Part shown: positions 1-10,709 of the stretch, piece after piece | Numbering within the stretch: position 1 is the first letter of the stretch | Layout: each line of letters starts with the position of its first letter | DNA from: Deltaproteobacteria bacterium | GTDB taxonomy: Bacteria > Desulfobacterota > Desulfobulbia > Desulfobulbales > Desulfocapsaceae | Length of the DNA: 64,000 nucleotides | Direction: 5' to 3' | Assembly (NCBI GenBank): GCA_002747825.1 | Contig: PDQQ01000010.1 | Coordinates: forward strand, 32,461 to 96,460 | The notes under the pieces: generated by a model | What the model was told of the DNA's origin: nothing | The model's database searches: none | Seen by the model: only the letters and a program-made list of their open reading frames with translations | Translations under genes and position numbers: made by a program

Positions 1-1
1 A

Positions 2-685
2 CTGCAGGAACTGCGGGAAAAGGATGTCCTAACAGAGATTATGGATGAAATGGGCACCTCTCTTCCCGACGTCAAGCGGGTCTTGATCGATGAGCGGGAT
101 ATTTTCCTCTGCGAAAAGATCAAATCTTCACCGGGCAAGAGAATCGTTGCTGTTGTCGGTGCCGGTCATGTCAAGGGTATGCTGGAAACTATCGCAGATG
201 ACAACAGGGACCGATTAACAGAAATTACCACCATCCCGCCGGTCGCAAAGGGTTACAAGATTGCCGGTTGGCTCATTCCGGTACTTATCATCGGCTCTAT
301 CATTGTCATTGGTGGGCAAAAAGGTCTGAGTGCCGCGGCAGACAACCTTTTCTTCTGGATTATCGCCAACGGTATTCCCTGTTCAATCGGAGCAGTACTG
401 GCCATAGCCCACCCGCTTACCATTCTCGGCTCCTTTATTGCCGCACCTATCACCAGCCTGACACCGGTTATCGGCGCAGGCTATGTGGCGGCCTTCATCC
501 AGGCAGTGGTCTGCCCTCCGGTTGTCAAAGAGTTTCAGTCGGTCGGAGAAGACCTCAGCTATCCTAAAAAATGGTGGAAAAACAGATTGCTGAGAATTTT
601 TCTGGTATTTTTACTCACCGGCCTGGGCTCGATGATCGGCACCTGGGTCGGGGGGTATGAGATAGTCAAGAATCTTATGAACTAA
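2..685 (+). CDS. TraB/GumN (pheromone shutdown-like) family membrane protein, 5' truncated by window edge
   Basis: LIDERD and VAVVGAGH motifs followed by hydrophobic C-terminal helices; frame is open back to the window start. Confidence 0.85.
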   Translation: MQELREKDVLTEIMDEMGTSLPDVKRVLIDERDIFLCEKIKSSPGKRIVAVVGAGHVKGMLETIADDNRDRLTEITTIPPVAKGYKIAGWLIPVLIIGSIIVIGGQKGLSAAADNLFFWIIANGIPCSIGAVLAIAHPLTILGSFIAAPITSLTPVIGAGYVAAFIQAVVCPPVVKEFQSVGEDLSYPKKWWKNRLLRIFLVFLLTGLGSMIGTWVGGYEIVKNLMN

Positions 686-863
686 ACGATATTGCCCGAG
701 CAGCCAGCCACAGTAAAAAAGGTCGAAAAACTCAGAAGACACTCTTTTGGTGCTGAAACAGCATTGCAAAAAAAAGATACCTCCTCAAAAAGTTAAAAAC
801 CTCTTGAAATTACGATTAAAGACAGTTGGAAACGGCTGTGAAAAGACGACCATCAGACAAACA

Positions 864-1196
864 ATGACAACAGACCAGACCAAGCCCCAAAAAAAACTGA
901 CCACAGGTCAAAAAAAATACCTGAAAGGTCTTGCCCATCCACTTAAGCCAATCGTTCTTGTCGGAAAAGAAGGCTTGAGTCCGAGCCTGGTCAAGATGAC
1001 GCTCCAGGAGCTACAGCTTCGCGAGCTGATCAAGGTAAAGCTCGGACAAAACTGCGGCGTAGACAAAAAACAGGCGGCCCTTGAACTTGCCGAAAAAACA
1101 GACAGCAATCTTGTACAGCTTATCGGCAAAACCATCGTTCTCTACAAGGCAAACACAAAAAAGAAAGACGGACAGATCAGGCTTCCAAAAATCTGA
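864..1196 (+). CDS. yhbY: CRM-domain RNA-binding protein YhbY
   Basis: QKKYLKGLAHPLKPIVLVGKEG, ELIKVKL and VQLIGKTIVLY; ATG at 864 preferred over the ORF-track start. Confidence 0.9.
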   Translation: MTTDQTKPQKKLTTGQKKYLKGLAHPLKPIVLVGKEGLSPSLVKMTLQELQLRELIKVKLGQNCGVDKKQAALELAEKTDSNLVQLIGKTIVLYKANTKKKDGQIRLPKI

Positions 1197-1220
1197 AACA
1201 ACTTGAAAAAACAAAGAATC

Positions 1221-1988
1221 CTATATCTCCAAAAGGGCTGTCGCCCGGTCCTGATGTGCCACATGCAGGCGAATCCCCGCCCCTGGGCCGAGAGAATCCA
1301 TAGCCACCTTTCTGGCCAGATCTTCCGTATTATTTTTCTGGCTCAAATGGGCAAGAACAACAGCATGGACGCCAGCTTCTGCAAGCTCGGCAAGGAGCAT
1401 CCCGGCATCATCGTTGGATAAATGCCCTCTGTTTGACCGAACCCGCTGCTGCAACGGCAGCGGATACGGGCCGTTTTTCAGCATCTCCAGGTCGTGATTA
1501 AATTCCAGAACCACCGCGTCACAAAGAGAAAGGCGCCGTTGAATAAGTCGTGAGCTCTTGCCGGTATCGGTACAATAGCCAAGACTCTTGCTCCCGTCTG
1601 AAATCACAAAGCCGACCGGATCTGCGGTATCGTGGGAGATCCGAAAAGAGCGTATCTCAAGATCATGCAGCCTGAGAATCTCTCCGGTTGTAAAGATATG
1701 TGTTGCAAAGAGATTTCCCATCTTCTGACAACCTGCTGCCAGGGTTTTCTCGTTGATAACGACCGGAATCCTGTAGCGTCTTGAAACAACCCCCGCCCCG
1801 GAGATATGGTCGTTGTGTTCGTGGGTAATACACAGGGCCTTGATCTGAGAGAAGTCTCTGCCGATACTTTCGAGACGTCTCTGTATTTCTTTGCCGGAAA
1901 AACCGGCATCAATGAGAACGGCAGTGGTACCGCTTTCAACATACACCGAATTTCCCTGACTGCCGCTGCCTAAAACAGAAAAGCGCAT
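1221..1988 (-). CDS. MBL-fold metallo-hydrolase (YycJ/WalJ-like)
   Basis: LGSGSQGN, THEHNDH, SHD, TDTG, EFNHD, GHLSN and AHLSQ motifs. Confidence 0.9.
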   Translation of the reverse strand: MRFSVLGSGSQGNSVYVESGTTAVLIDAGFSGKEIQRRLESIGRDFSQIKALCITHEHNDHISGAGVVSRRYRIPVVINEKTLAAGCQKMGNLFATHIFTTGEILRLHDLEIRSFRISHDTADPVGFVISDGSKSLGYCTDTGKSSRLIQRRLSLCDAVVLEFNHDLEMLKNGPYPLPLQQRVRSNRGHLSNDDAGMLLAELAEAGVHAVVLAHLSQKNNTEDLARKVAMDSLGPGAGIRLHVAHQDRATALLEI

Positions 1989-2001
1989 ACCCTATGCCCG
2001 G

Positions 2002-2050
2002 ATTTCTCATCAGTTTTTTCGTGTGTCCCTTCAAAAAACTGATGAGAAAT
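2002..2050. terminator. Long perfect inverted repeat (terminator or processing hairpin) between dut and the MBL hydrolase
   Basis: atttctcatcagtttttt...aaaaaactgatgagaaat. Confidence 0.5.
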
Positions 2051-2103
2051 TTTAAGTTTCATTAAAAATATCAAGATGTTGAAGAATCGCTAAGGCTTTT
2101 TCT

Positions 2104-2559
2104 CTACACCCCGGTATGCCCAAAGCCGCCATCCCCGCGGGCCGTGGGGTCCAGTTCAGCAACCGCATCAAGCCGCATTCTGACCACCTGTGAGAGAACC
2201 ATCTGGGCGATGCGGTCTCCAGGGTTGACCAGAAAAGGGACCTGGCCGTGATTGATAAGAGGCACCTTGACCTCCCCGCGAAAATCTGAATCAATGGTTC
2301 CCGGACTGTTAACAAGGGTAATACCGTGCCGGACGGCAAGGCCGCTGCGTGGCCGGACCTGGATCTCAAAGCCTTCGGGGATCTCAACGGCAAAACCGGT
2401 AGGAATAGGTCGTATTTCACCGGGTTGAATCAAGATTTTTTCGACGACCGCAGCACGGATATCCATACCCGCCGCACCCGGTGTCGCATAGTCTGGAAGT
2501 GGCCAATCAGCGGCCAGATCCTGGCGCAGCCAGCAAAATTTTACAGTTTGTTCGAACAT
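2104..2559 (-). CDS. dut: dUTP diphosphatase
   Basis: [30 protein letters not shown] and [10 protein letters not shown] motifs. Confidence 0.97.
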   Translation of the reverse strand: MFEQTVKFCWLRQDLAADWPLPDYATPGAAGMDIRAAVVEKILIQPGEIRPIPTGFAVEIPEGFEIQVRPRSGLAVRHGITLVNSPGTIDSDFRGEVKVPLINHGQVPFLVNPGDRIAQMVLSQVVRMRLDAVAELDPTARGDGGFGHTGV

Positions 2560-2641
2560 AAACCTCCAGTGATTTCCCGTTGGGGCAAAGATATGTGTTG
2601 CACACGCACCACACGGATAACAACGACACCTTCCGGCAAAG

Positions 2642-2681
2642 AAAAAAGGCCGACTCCTTTACTGAGGAAGCCGGCCTTTTT
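2642..2681. terminator. Intrinsic terminator downstream of pnp (T-tracts on both strands)
   Basis: aaaaaaggccg...cggcctttttt. Confidence 0.75.
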
Positions 2682-2701
2682 CTGATACTGCATCGTGCAA
2701 T

Positions 2702-4783
2702 CTACTCTTTTTCAAGCAGGGCCTTCCGGCTCAGGCGAATACGCCCACGGTTGTCAACATCAAGGACCTTCACCTCGATCTCATCACCCTCCTTGACCAC
2801 ATCACTCACCTTGGCAACGCGCCCATGCTCGAGTTCGGAGATATGTACGAGCCCATCGGTTCCCGGCAATATCTCAACAAAGGCGCCAAAATCCTTGACC
2901 GTTTTTACAACGCCCTTGTACACGGCACCAATCTCGGGCTCGGCTGTAATCTCCTTGATTTTCGCCAACATCCCCTCTGCCAGATCACCACTCAAGGCAA
3001 ACATTTTAACAAGACCACTATCATCCACCTCTATTTTCGCGTCAAACTCGGCAGAAAGCTCCTTGATTATCTTGCCACCAGGTCCAATAAGATCCCGGAT
3101 CTTATCCGGATTGATTTTATGGACCATATACTTCGGGGCATGATCCGCGACGTTCTCACGCGCCTTGGCAATGCCTTTTTCCATCTCAGCCAGGATATGC
3201 AGACGCCCTTCTTTGGCCTGATTGAGGGCTCTTTGCATTATGCCACGATCAACGCCGTCAATTTTGATGTCCATCTGCAGAGAGGTAATACCGTCACAGG
3301 TACCGACAACCTTGAAATCCATATCTCCGAGATGATCCTCGTCTCCAAGGATATCCGAGAGAATGGCCACCTTATCCCCCTCTTTAATCAATCCCATGGC
3401 AATACCCGAGACAGGACGCCTGATCGGCACCCCTGCGTCCATCAGGGCCATGCTGCCGCCACAGACCGTCGCCATCGAAGAAGACCCGTTGGACTCCAAC
3501 ACCTCGGAGACAACCCGTATCGAATACGGAAAATCCTCCTCACTGGGCAGTACGGCCCCAAGCCCGCGTCCGGCAAGGTTGCCATGCCCGACATCCCGGC
3601 GTGACGGCCCCCGCAACATACGAGCTTCACCGACGCAGTAGGGAGGAAAGTTGTAATGCAGCATAAAGCGTTTTAATTCCTCACCGTTCAAGGTCTCAAC
3701 CCGCTGTTTGTCCCGTTCACTGCCCAGGGTTGTGGTAACCAGCGCCTGGGTCTCCCCCCGGGTAAACAGGGCGGAGCCATGGGTGCGTGGAAGATAACCG
3801 ACTTCACAGGAGATCGTGCGGATTTCATCGTGCCTGCGGCCACCGATACGGATCTCCTCGTTCACAATCTTGTCGCGCATATAGGACTTCTTGAAGGAAT
3901 CAAGAAGCGCCTTGATCTCAGCCGCTTTCTCTGCTTCTGGATCAAGGGTCGACAAGACCTGATCCCGCAACCCGGCATAGGCCTTTGAACGTTCCATTTT
4001 ATCCGAGGTATCAAAGACCTCTGCCATTCCGGCGGCGGCAACCTCACGGACCCTGGCCATCAGTTCTTCATCCACCTCGGGGACCGCAAACTCGATCTTC
4101 GCCTTCCCGGATGATTTTTGTAATTCTTCCTGGACGTCGAGCAGAGGCTGCAGGTTTTCAAAGGCATAAAAAATACCCGAGAGGACCTCATCTTCGCTCA
4201 ACTCCTCGGCTCGACCTTCGACCATAACAATCGCCTTCCTGGTACAGGCAACAACAATATCCATCGACGATTTCTCGAGCTCAGCAACCGTAGGATTAAG
4301 GACATAGGCACCATCAACAAAGCCCACCCGGCCGCCGGCAACAGGCCCGGCAAAGGGGATATGAGAAAGCGACAAAGCACAGGATGCTCCGGTGAGGGCA
4401 AGGACATCGGGAAGGGTTTGCTGATCCGCCGACAACACCGTCGCGATAACCTGGGTTTCGGCACGATATCCCTTCGGGAACAACGGGCGCAAGGGCCTGT
4501 CAATAATGCGGCAGGTCAGCACTTCCTGATCACTGGGGCGACCAATCTCACGGCGAAAATAGTTGCCGGGAACCCGGCCTACCGAGGCCAGCTTTTCCTG
4601 ATATTCAATGGTGAGCGGCAAAAAATCAACACCCATATTTGCCTTGTCCGCCCCCACGGCGGTCACTAAGACCATGGTCTCTCCAGAGCGGATAACAATC
4701 GACCCTGATGCCTGCTTGGCTATTTTTCCGGTTTCAATGGAAATTGTCTTTCCACCGATTTCTGTTTCAACTTTTGTAAACAT
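2702..4783 (-). CDS. pnp: Polyribonucleotide nucleotidyltransferase
   Basis: Two RNase PH domains (SNGSSSMA, DHLGDMDFKV), then KH and S1 domains; ATG at 4783 with GGAG RBS. Confidence 0.98.
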   Translation of the reverse strand: MFTKVETEIGGKTISIETGKIAKQASGSIVIRSGETMVLVTAVGADKANMGVDFLPLTIEYQEKLASVGRVPGNYFRREIGRPSDQEVLTCRIIDRPLRPLFPKGYRAETQVIATVLSADQQTLPDVLALTGASCALSLSHIPFAGPVAGGRVGFVDGAYVLNPTVAELEKSSMDIVVACTRKAIVMVEGRAEELSEDEVLSGIFYAFENLQPLLDVQEELQKSSGKAKIEFAVPEVDEELMARVREVAAAGMAEVFDTSDKMERSKAYAGLRDQVLSTLDPEAEKAAEIKALLDSFKKSYMRDKIVNEEIRIGGRRHDEIRTISCEVGYLPRTHGSALFTRGETQALVTTTLGSERDKQRVETLNGEELKRFMLHYNFPPYCVGEARMLRGPSRRDVGHGNLAGRGLGAVLPSEEDFPYSIRVVSEVLESNGSSSMATVCGGSMALMDAGVPIRRPVSGIAMGLIKEGDKVAILSDILGDEDHLGDMDFKVVGTCDGITSLQMDIKIDGVDRGIMQRALNQAKEGRLHILAEMEKGIAKARENVADHAPKYMVHKINPDKIRDLIGPGGKIIKELSAEFDAKIEVDDSGLVKMFALSGDLAEGMLAKIKEITAEPEIGAVYKGVVKTVKDFGAFVEILPGTDGLVHISELEHGRVAKVSDVVKEGDEIEVKVLDVDNRGRIRLSRKALLEKE

Positions 4784-4970
4784 AGTATCTCCAATTATAG
4801 CACCAGGCTGAGGCACAGTGCCAATCTATACAAGCGGATTATCTCTCCGCCTTCGTTTTTCTGCGAATTCCTTAAACAACAAAAACCCCAGACAATCCCA
4901 GCAAGGGTATCGTCTGAGGTAGAGAACGGCACCAGCACACCGGCCTGCAAGAGGGGCCAGGAGGATAAAA

Positions 4971-5240
4971 CTATTTCCGCAGACCAAGTTTTTGCAATAT
5001 TTCCCTATATTTATTTATATCTTTTCTTTTCAGATAGTTCAACAGACTACGGCGCTGACCAACAAGCTTGAGCAACCCCTGTCTGGAGTGATGGTCCTTC
5101 TTGTGAACCTTAAAATGCTCGGTCAGGTATTGAATACGCTTGGTAAGCAAGGCGATCTGTACCTCGGACGACCCGGTGTCAGTGGCATGGGTCTTAAATT
5201 TCTCAATTATTTCATTTTTCGCAGCTCCTGACTGTACCAC
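4971..5240 (-). CDS. rpsO: 30S ribosomal protein S15
   Basis: [13 protein letters not shown] and [19 protein letters not shown]; GTG start after AGGAGG gives 89 aa. Confidence 0.98.
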   Translation of the reverse strand: MVQSGAAKNEIIEKFKTHATDTGSSEVQIALLTKRIQYLTEHFKVHKKDHHSRQGLLKLVGQRRSLLNYLKRKDINKYREILQKLGLRK

Positions 5241-5414
5241 AACAACCCTCCTGAAAAGATAAAAATAAAGTACGGCCCCATAGGGGTTCAACTATTGCTT
5301 CTACACGCTGGAATATCGCAGAATCTTCCAGATCAAAAGGCCTCCCGGGGCGCCAGTTCAGACAACACCCGAAGATGACACAACCGCTTGCGGCACACTA
5401 GTCAATTCGTACGA

Positions 5415-6170
5415 TTATTGCAACAATTTAGCGACACGCCCGACAGGAATCATTCGGTGCCAGCAACGCTGCCGGGCATCCTCGGCATTGAGATCCTGCC
5501 AATCCAGCCTCCGGCCGTCGATCTGAAAGCAACCACTTTTCGTTCGCCGCAGGGCCTCGAGATGGGCTCCACAACCAAGTCTCTCTCCGATATCTGCAGC
5601 CAGGGTGCGGATATAGGTCCCCTTCGAGCAGACCACCCGTAACCTGAGCAGGGCATCCGGCCCGACGATATCAATATCGCCATCGACAGGCTCAAGCTCT
5701 TTTATCTCTATCGGCCGGGGCTCTTTCTCAATTGTTATCCCCTTCCGGGCATAGTAGTAGAGAGGTTTCCCCTTATGTTTCAACGCCGAATAAGCCGGCG
5801 GTACCTGCATCTGCGGGCCCCGAAAGGCGGCAAGACATTGCAGGATTGCTGAAGAGTCTATGCTTCCGACCTCTCTGCGTTCGACGATATCGCCTTCCGG
5901 GTCCTGGGTGGTGGTGGTTACACCCAACCGCAGATCGGCCAGATACTCCTTATCTCCCTGCATAATCAAGGAGATCAGCCTTGTCGCCGGTCTGCCGGCA
6001 CAAACCACAAGCAGACCGGTGGCAAAGGGATCAAGCGTTCCGGCATGGCCGACTTTTTTGATATGCAGAATCTTGCGCATCCGGCCAACCACGGCAAAAG
6101 AGCTGATACCAGCAGGTTTATCGACCAGAAACACTCCGGCATCCAGATTATCGGTACCCGCCGCGCCCAT
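5415..6170 (-). CDS. truB: tRNA pseudouridine(55) synthase
   Basis: KVGHAGTLDP, PPAYSALK and CSKGTYIRTLA; conserved operon position. Confidence 0.97.
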   Translation of the reverse strand: MGAAGTDNLDAGVFLVDKPAGISSFAVVGRMRKILHIKKVGHAGTLDPFATGLLVVCAGRPATRLISLIMQGDKEYLADLRLGVTTTTQDPEGDIVERREVGSIDSSAILQCLAAFRGPQMQVPPAYSALKHKGKPLYYYARKGITIEKEPRPIEIKELEPVDGDIDIVGPDALLRLRVVCSKGTYIRTLAADIGERLGCGAHLEALRRTKSGCFQIDGRRLDWQDLNAEDARQRCWHRMIPVGRVAKLLQ

Positions 6171-6196
6171 CCTTCCCCATCAAAAAAGACGAAAAA

Positions 6197-7201
6197 TCAA
6201 CCGACCAAAGACTGCAGTATTGCCAGGAGTTCTCTTCTTACCGTCGGCAAAGAGACGGTATCCAGATGGAATCCGGCTGCATTTTTATGTCCGCCACCGC
6301 CAAATTTTTTGGCAACAGCGGCAACGTTGCACTCACCCTTGGCCCGCATCGAGACGGCAACACCGCCGTCGCTCTTTTCCTTGAAAAGCACCGCCACCTT
6401 GACCGAGTTCACGGCCCTTGGGATATCGATAAAACCTTCGAGATCCTGAAGAGAGGCCCCGGTCTCCTGCAACATTTGTTGGCTGACGGTCATCAGCGCA
6501 ACCCTGTCTTCAATCAGAAGTTCGACCGAATCAAGGGCCCGACCGAGCAAATGCAGCCTCTCCCTGGTGTAGTTGTCATAGAGAAAGGCAGAGACCTCTT
6601 CGGCTTTGACCCCGTTGTCCAGCAGCTCACCGGCAATCTGCATGGTTCTTGCGCTCGTCGTTTCATAGCGGAAAGAGCCGGTATCCGTAGAGATTGCAAC
6701 GTACAGATTAAAGGCCGCCTCATAACTCATCCGGGCGCACAAAAGCTGCGCCAGCTCATAGACCATCTCACCGGTAGACGAACAAGATGGCTCAACCCAG
6801 CTCGTCGTTCCAAAATATTCGTGGGAGCGATGATGATCGATAACCACAAGGGGCGAATATCGCAGCACCTGCCGCTGCAGAGAACCCAATCGCCCAGCGT
6901 TGCCGCAGTCAAGGGCAACACAGGCCACGTTGCCTGCGGCTGACCCCATAAACTCTTGAAAATTCTCCAGATTCGACTCAAGACGCTCCCTGCCCGGCAA
7001 GAACCGATAGAGATAGGAGACAGGTTCCTCCAACAGACAGAAGATACGCTTATCCAGAGACTCCAGCAGGGCGGCAAGCCCGAGCATTGAGCCCAGGGCA
7101 TCTCCATCAGGATGCGAGTGCGTAAAGAGGGCGACATTGTCATGCTGCTCGAGCTCTCGCACAATCTGCTCAGGAATCCTTTCGGTAACGGTTTCGTTCA
7201 T
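6197..7201 (-). CDS. nrnA: DHH/DHHA1 bifunctional oligoribonuclease / PAP phosphatase
   Basis: HSHPDGDALGS, IDHH, TDTGSF and GGGGHKNAAG; sits between rbfA and truB. Confidence 0.9.
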   Translation of the reverse strand: MNETVTERIPEQIVRELEQHDNVALFTHSHPDGDALGSMLGLAALLESLDKRIFCLLEEPVSYLYRFLPGRERLESNLENFQEFMGSAAGNVACVALDCGNAGRLGSLQRQVLRYSPLVVIDHHRSHEYFGTTSWVEPSCSSTGEMVYELAQLLCARMSYEAAFNLYVAISTDTGSFRYETTSARTMQIAGELLDNGVKAEEVSAFLYDNYTRERLHLLGRALDSVELLIEDRVALMTVSQQMLQETGASLQDLEGFIDIPRAVNSVKVAVLFKEKSDGGVAVSMRAKGECNVAAVAKKFGGGGHKNAAGFHLDTVSLPTVRRELLAILQSLVG

Positions 7202-7592
7202 CAGCTATTTCCCTGAAAATGGCCTCAAGTTCTGCAACCTTGTCTGCTGTATCGTCGTAGAAAAACTGCAACTGGGGTGTAAACTTCAGGTTCAGGGCCT
7301 CCGCGATATGGCTGCGGAAAAAGCCTGCAGCCCGTCGAAACCCCTTCTCGGCTTCTCGCCTCTGCCGGCCACCTCCCGGAACGGTAAAAAAGACTCTGGC
7401 AAGACTGACATCATCTGTTACCTCGACCCGTGACACGGACACACCGCGAAGCCTGGGATCTCCGGTCTTGCCAACGAGCAGCACCGAAAGCTCCTGGCGA
7501 ATGGCCACAGCCACTCGCCTGGGACGTTTTTTCGTCTCATCCCTGGCAGCACCGATCGACTCCAGGATCTGTTTCGGACTCCATTCGCTCAT
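7170..7592 (-). CDS. rbfA: Ribosome-binding factor A
   Basis: RRVAVAIRQEL, DPRL, VEVTDDVSLARVF and PQLQFFYD. Confidence 0.95.
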   Translation of the reverse strand: MSEWSPKQILESIGAARDETKKRPRRVAVAIRQELSVLLVGKTGDPRLRGVSVSRVEVTDDVSLARVFFTVPGGGRQRREAEKGFRRAAGFFRSHIAEALNLKFTPQLQFFYDDTADKVAELEAIFREIADERNRYRKDS

Positions 7593-7603
7593 ACGAAAAC
7601 CTG

Positions 7604-10381
7604 TCAGAGCGTCGCCTCGATCTCGTTCATAACGAAGGCCTCAAGATGATCACCAACCTTGATATCGTTGTATTTCTCTACGCTGATTCCACACTCGTAA
7701 CCACTCTGGACCTCCTTGACGTCGTCCTTGAAGCGCTTCAGGGACTCAATCTTACCGGTATAGACGACCACACCGTCACGCAGGACCCGCACCTGGGCCG
7801 AGCGCAGTATCTTGCCGTCGATCACTGCACAGCCGGCAATGGTCCCAACCTTCGGAACATTGAAGGTTTCTCTTACCTCGGCGACCCCGACAACCTCCTC
7901 TTCAAAGGTCGGATCAAGCATACCGGCCATGGCCTTACGGATGTCATCGAGCGCGTAATAGATGACATCGTAGGAACGGAGGTCGACATTTTCCTTTTTC
8001 GCCAGCTCCTTGACCTTGAGGTTTGGACGAACGTTAAAACCTATTATAATAGCATCGGAGGCAGATGCCAGCAAAACATCTGATTCTGTAATGGTACCTG
8101 TACCTTCGTGAAGAACCTTCACCTTGACCTCATCGGTTGAAAGATCTTCTGCCGCCTTGGCAAAGGCCTCAAGGGTTCCCTGGACATCAGAGCGCAGCAC
8201 GACTCTCAGCTCCATGACATCGCCCTCGTTCATCTTCTCAAAAAGCTTGTCAAGGGATATTTTCGCACCGGCTCCAAGCTCGCTCTCTCTTGCTTTCAAC
8301 GAGCGTACCTGAGACACGCTTCTCGCCATCTTCTCATCGGTGACCACAATAAATTCATCACCGGCACTCGGAACTCCAGAAAGGCCCTGGACCTCAACAG
8401 GAAGCGATGGCCCGGCCTCCTGAATCTGACGGCCCTTATCATCAAGCATGGCCCTGACCTTACCCGAATATTGGCCAACGACAAAAAACTCTCCCTGATG
8501 CAGGGTTCCTTCCTGAATCAGAACGGTGGCAACCGGGCCACGCCCTTTATGCAGCTGGGCCTCAATAACCCGCCCCCGAGCCTTGCGTGACTTGTCTGCC
8601 CGCAGTTCCTGAATCTCGGCAAGAAGCTGAATGCTCTCCAAGAGTTCCTTGATACCGATATTCTTCTTTGCCGAGGTTTCGCAGTACATGGTCTCTCCAC
8701 CCCAGTCTTCGGGCATCAGGTTGAGTTCTGAGAGCTCGCGTTTGACCCGGTCTGGATCGGCGTTGTCCTTGTCGATCTTGTTGACCGCAACCAGGATGGG
8801 CACTTCTGCCGCCTGGGCATGGTGAATGGCCTCACGGGTCTGATCCATAACCCCGTCATCGGCGGCCACCACCAGAACGACGATATCAGTCACCTGGGCA
8901 CCCCTGGAACGCATCTCTGTAAACGCAGCATGTCCGGGGGTATCGACAAAGGTGACATCACCGACCTCGGAGCGAACATGGTAGGCACCGATATGCTGTG
9001 TGATACCACCGGCCTCACCAACGGCAACATCGGTCTTACGGATGGCATCCAGAATAGAGGTTTTACCGTGGTCAACATGGCCCATAACCGTGACCACCGG
9101 AGAGCGCGGCGTTTTTTCTCCCCCTTCTTCGGCCTCGCTGAGCAGCTGCATGCCGATCTCTTCGGTAACACCCTGCTCGACCTCATAGCCAAAATCGGCA
9201 GCGATGATCATTGCGGTATCGGTATCCACCGGTTGATTTATCGTAGCCATAACCCCGAGACCCATCAATTTCGCAATGACTTCGCTGGCCTTGACCTTCA
9301 TCTTCAGGGCCAGATCGCCCACCGTAATGGTATCGAAAACCTTAAAACGCTTTTTGCTGGCCTTCATCTCCGCAGGCGGCGATACGGTCTTTGGCGCCCT
9401 GCGAGACTTCTTGCGCCGCCCTCCACCTTCACGCTCCTGATAGTCATGGGCAAAATGCGTGAACTTCACATTTTTCTGGCCTTTTTTACCCCCCTTGCGA
9501 GACTCCCTCTCCCAGTCGTCAGAACCACCCCTCTTGCCTTTCTTGCGGCCCCGAGAGTCTTCCGCATAGGGCATTGGCCCTGAAGAAGGGTCCATAAAAC
9601 CGCCGGCAGCCTTTCTCGAAGCAGCAGCCCTGCCCTGCTTGCGTTTTGGCCGGCTGGGTTTTTCTTCCTCCTTTGGCAGTTCTATGGTTCGGATCACACG
9701 GGCAAGCGGTTTCCCTTTACGGGCTTCCGTCGGTTTTTTCTCCGGCACAGAGGTAGTCTTCTCTTTTTCCTCCTGAACCGGTTCATCAGGCTCTCGTTCA
9801 GCAACCGGTGCAGCGGCCTCTACAGGAGTATCGTCAGCGACCGGAGCCGCTGCGTCTTCTGTTGGCTCCTCTTCAGAGACAACAGGCTCCTCATGAGAGG
9901 CTTCGACTTTTTTTGCCTTGGCCTTTGTTTTTGCCTTGGTTTTTGTCTTCACCTCCTGCGCGGGAGCTTTCTTTTCTTCAGCCTTTTCAGCATCTTTTTT
10001 GCCAGCCTCTGCTTGAGGTTTTTCAGCGGCAACTTCTGTCTCCGCAGCTGGAGCGTCCTTGGTCGCAGCCGCGGCCTCCGTATCCTGCAAAGCCTCCTCC
10101 GAGGGAGAGGGGCTTTCTTCCTTGGCCTGTTGCCGCCTCCTGATCACCGTAGCTCTTCGACGGATAACGGTGGCACCGCCCGACTCGACATCAATGCGTT
10201 TTTCGACCAGTTCCGTATTGACCGATTTGAGGACAGTATTGCGAATCTCTTCCGCCGTTTCCTCGTCGAGCGACGAGCTGTAGCTTTTGATGTCGTAGCC
10301 GAGCTCTATCAATTTTTCTGTCAAAACCTTGCTGGCCATACCAGCCTCTTTGGCCAACTCGTACACCCTGACTCTACTCAT
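7604..10381 (-). CDS. infB: Translation initiation factor IF-2
   Basis: RVYELAKE N-terminus, [13 protein letters not shown] and NKID. Confidence 0.99.
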   Translation of the reverse strand: MSRVRVYELAKEAGMASKVLTEKLIELGYDIKSYSSSLDEETAEEIRNTVLKSVNTELVEKRIDVESGGATVIRRRATVIRRRQQAKEESPSPSEEALQDTEAAAATKDAPAAETEVAAEKPQAEAGKKDAEKAEEKKAPAQEVKTKTKAKTKAKAKKVEASHEEPVVSEEEPTEDAAAPVADDTPVEAAAPVAEREPDEPVQEEKEKTTSVPEKKPTEARKGKPLARVIRTIELPKEEEKPSRPKRKQGRAAASRKAAGGFMDPSSGPMPYAEDSRGRKKGKRGGSDDWERESRKGGKKGQKNVKFTHFAHDYQEREGGGRRKKSRRAPKTVSPPAEMKASKKRFKVFDTITVGDLALKMKVKASEVIAKLMGLGVMATINQPVDTDTAMIIAADFGYEVEQGVTEEIGMQLLSEAEEGGEKTPRSPVVTVMGHVDHGKTSILDAIRKTDVAVGEAGGITQHIGAYHVRSEVGDVTFVDTPGHAAFTEMRSRGAQVTDIVVLVVAADDGVMDQTREAIHHAQAAEVPILVAVNKIDKDNADPDRVKRELSELNLMPEDWGGETMYCETSAKKNIGIKELLESIQLLAEIQELRADKSRKARGRVIEAQLHKGRGPVATVLIQEGTLHQGEFFVVGQYSGKVRAMLDDKGRQIQEAGPSLPVEVQGLSGVPSAGDEFIVVTDEKMARSVSQVRSLKARESELGAGAKISLDKLFEKMNEGDVMELRVVLRSDVQGTLEAFAKAAEDLSTDEVKVKVLHEGTGTITESDVLLASASDAIIIGFNVRPNLKVKELAKKENVDLRSYDVIYYALDDIRKAMAGMLDPTFEEEVVGVAEVRETFNVPKVGTIAGCAVIDGKILRSAQVRVLRDGVVVYTGKIESLKRFKDDVKEVQSGYECGISVEKYNDIKVGDHLEAFVMNEIEATL

Positions 10382-10454
10382 CCTCTACTCCTGTTCCGTC
10401 GCACCGGTCGTTGCGATTCATTGAACACATCTTGCAAATGAATCGATTTTCACC

Positions 10455-10709
10455 CTATTTTTTACGATGAAAAAGCTGCTTCCACTTCCTTTTTTTGCCT
10501 TCAAACACCCGGAGACAAGAGAGATCATCACAGCAAAAAACACCTCTACCCGGCAGAATCTGCCGATAATCCCTCTGTACACCACCCTCACTCCAGACAA
10601 AGCGCAGAAGCTCAGATTTCTCTCTGCGCACCCCGCAAGAGCAACATCTCCGTATCGGGATATGCCTCTTACTCGCCACCGTCTGCATCTTTTTGTTCAT
10701 CTTGTTCAT
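10455..10709 (-). CDS. ylxR: YlxR (DUF448) RNA-binding protein; start uncertain
   Basis: PIRRCCSC, ELLRFV and GRGVFCC; sits between nusA and infB. Confidence 0.85.
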   Translation of the reverse strand: MNKMNKKMQTVASKRHIPIRRCCSCGVRREKSELLRFVWSEGGVQRDYRQILPGRGVFCCDDLSCLRVFEGKKRKWKQLFHRKK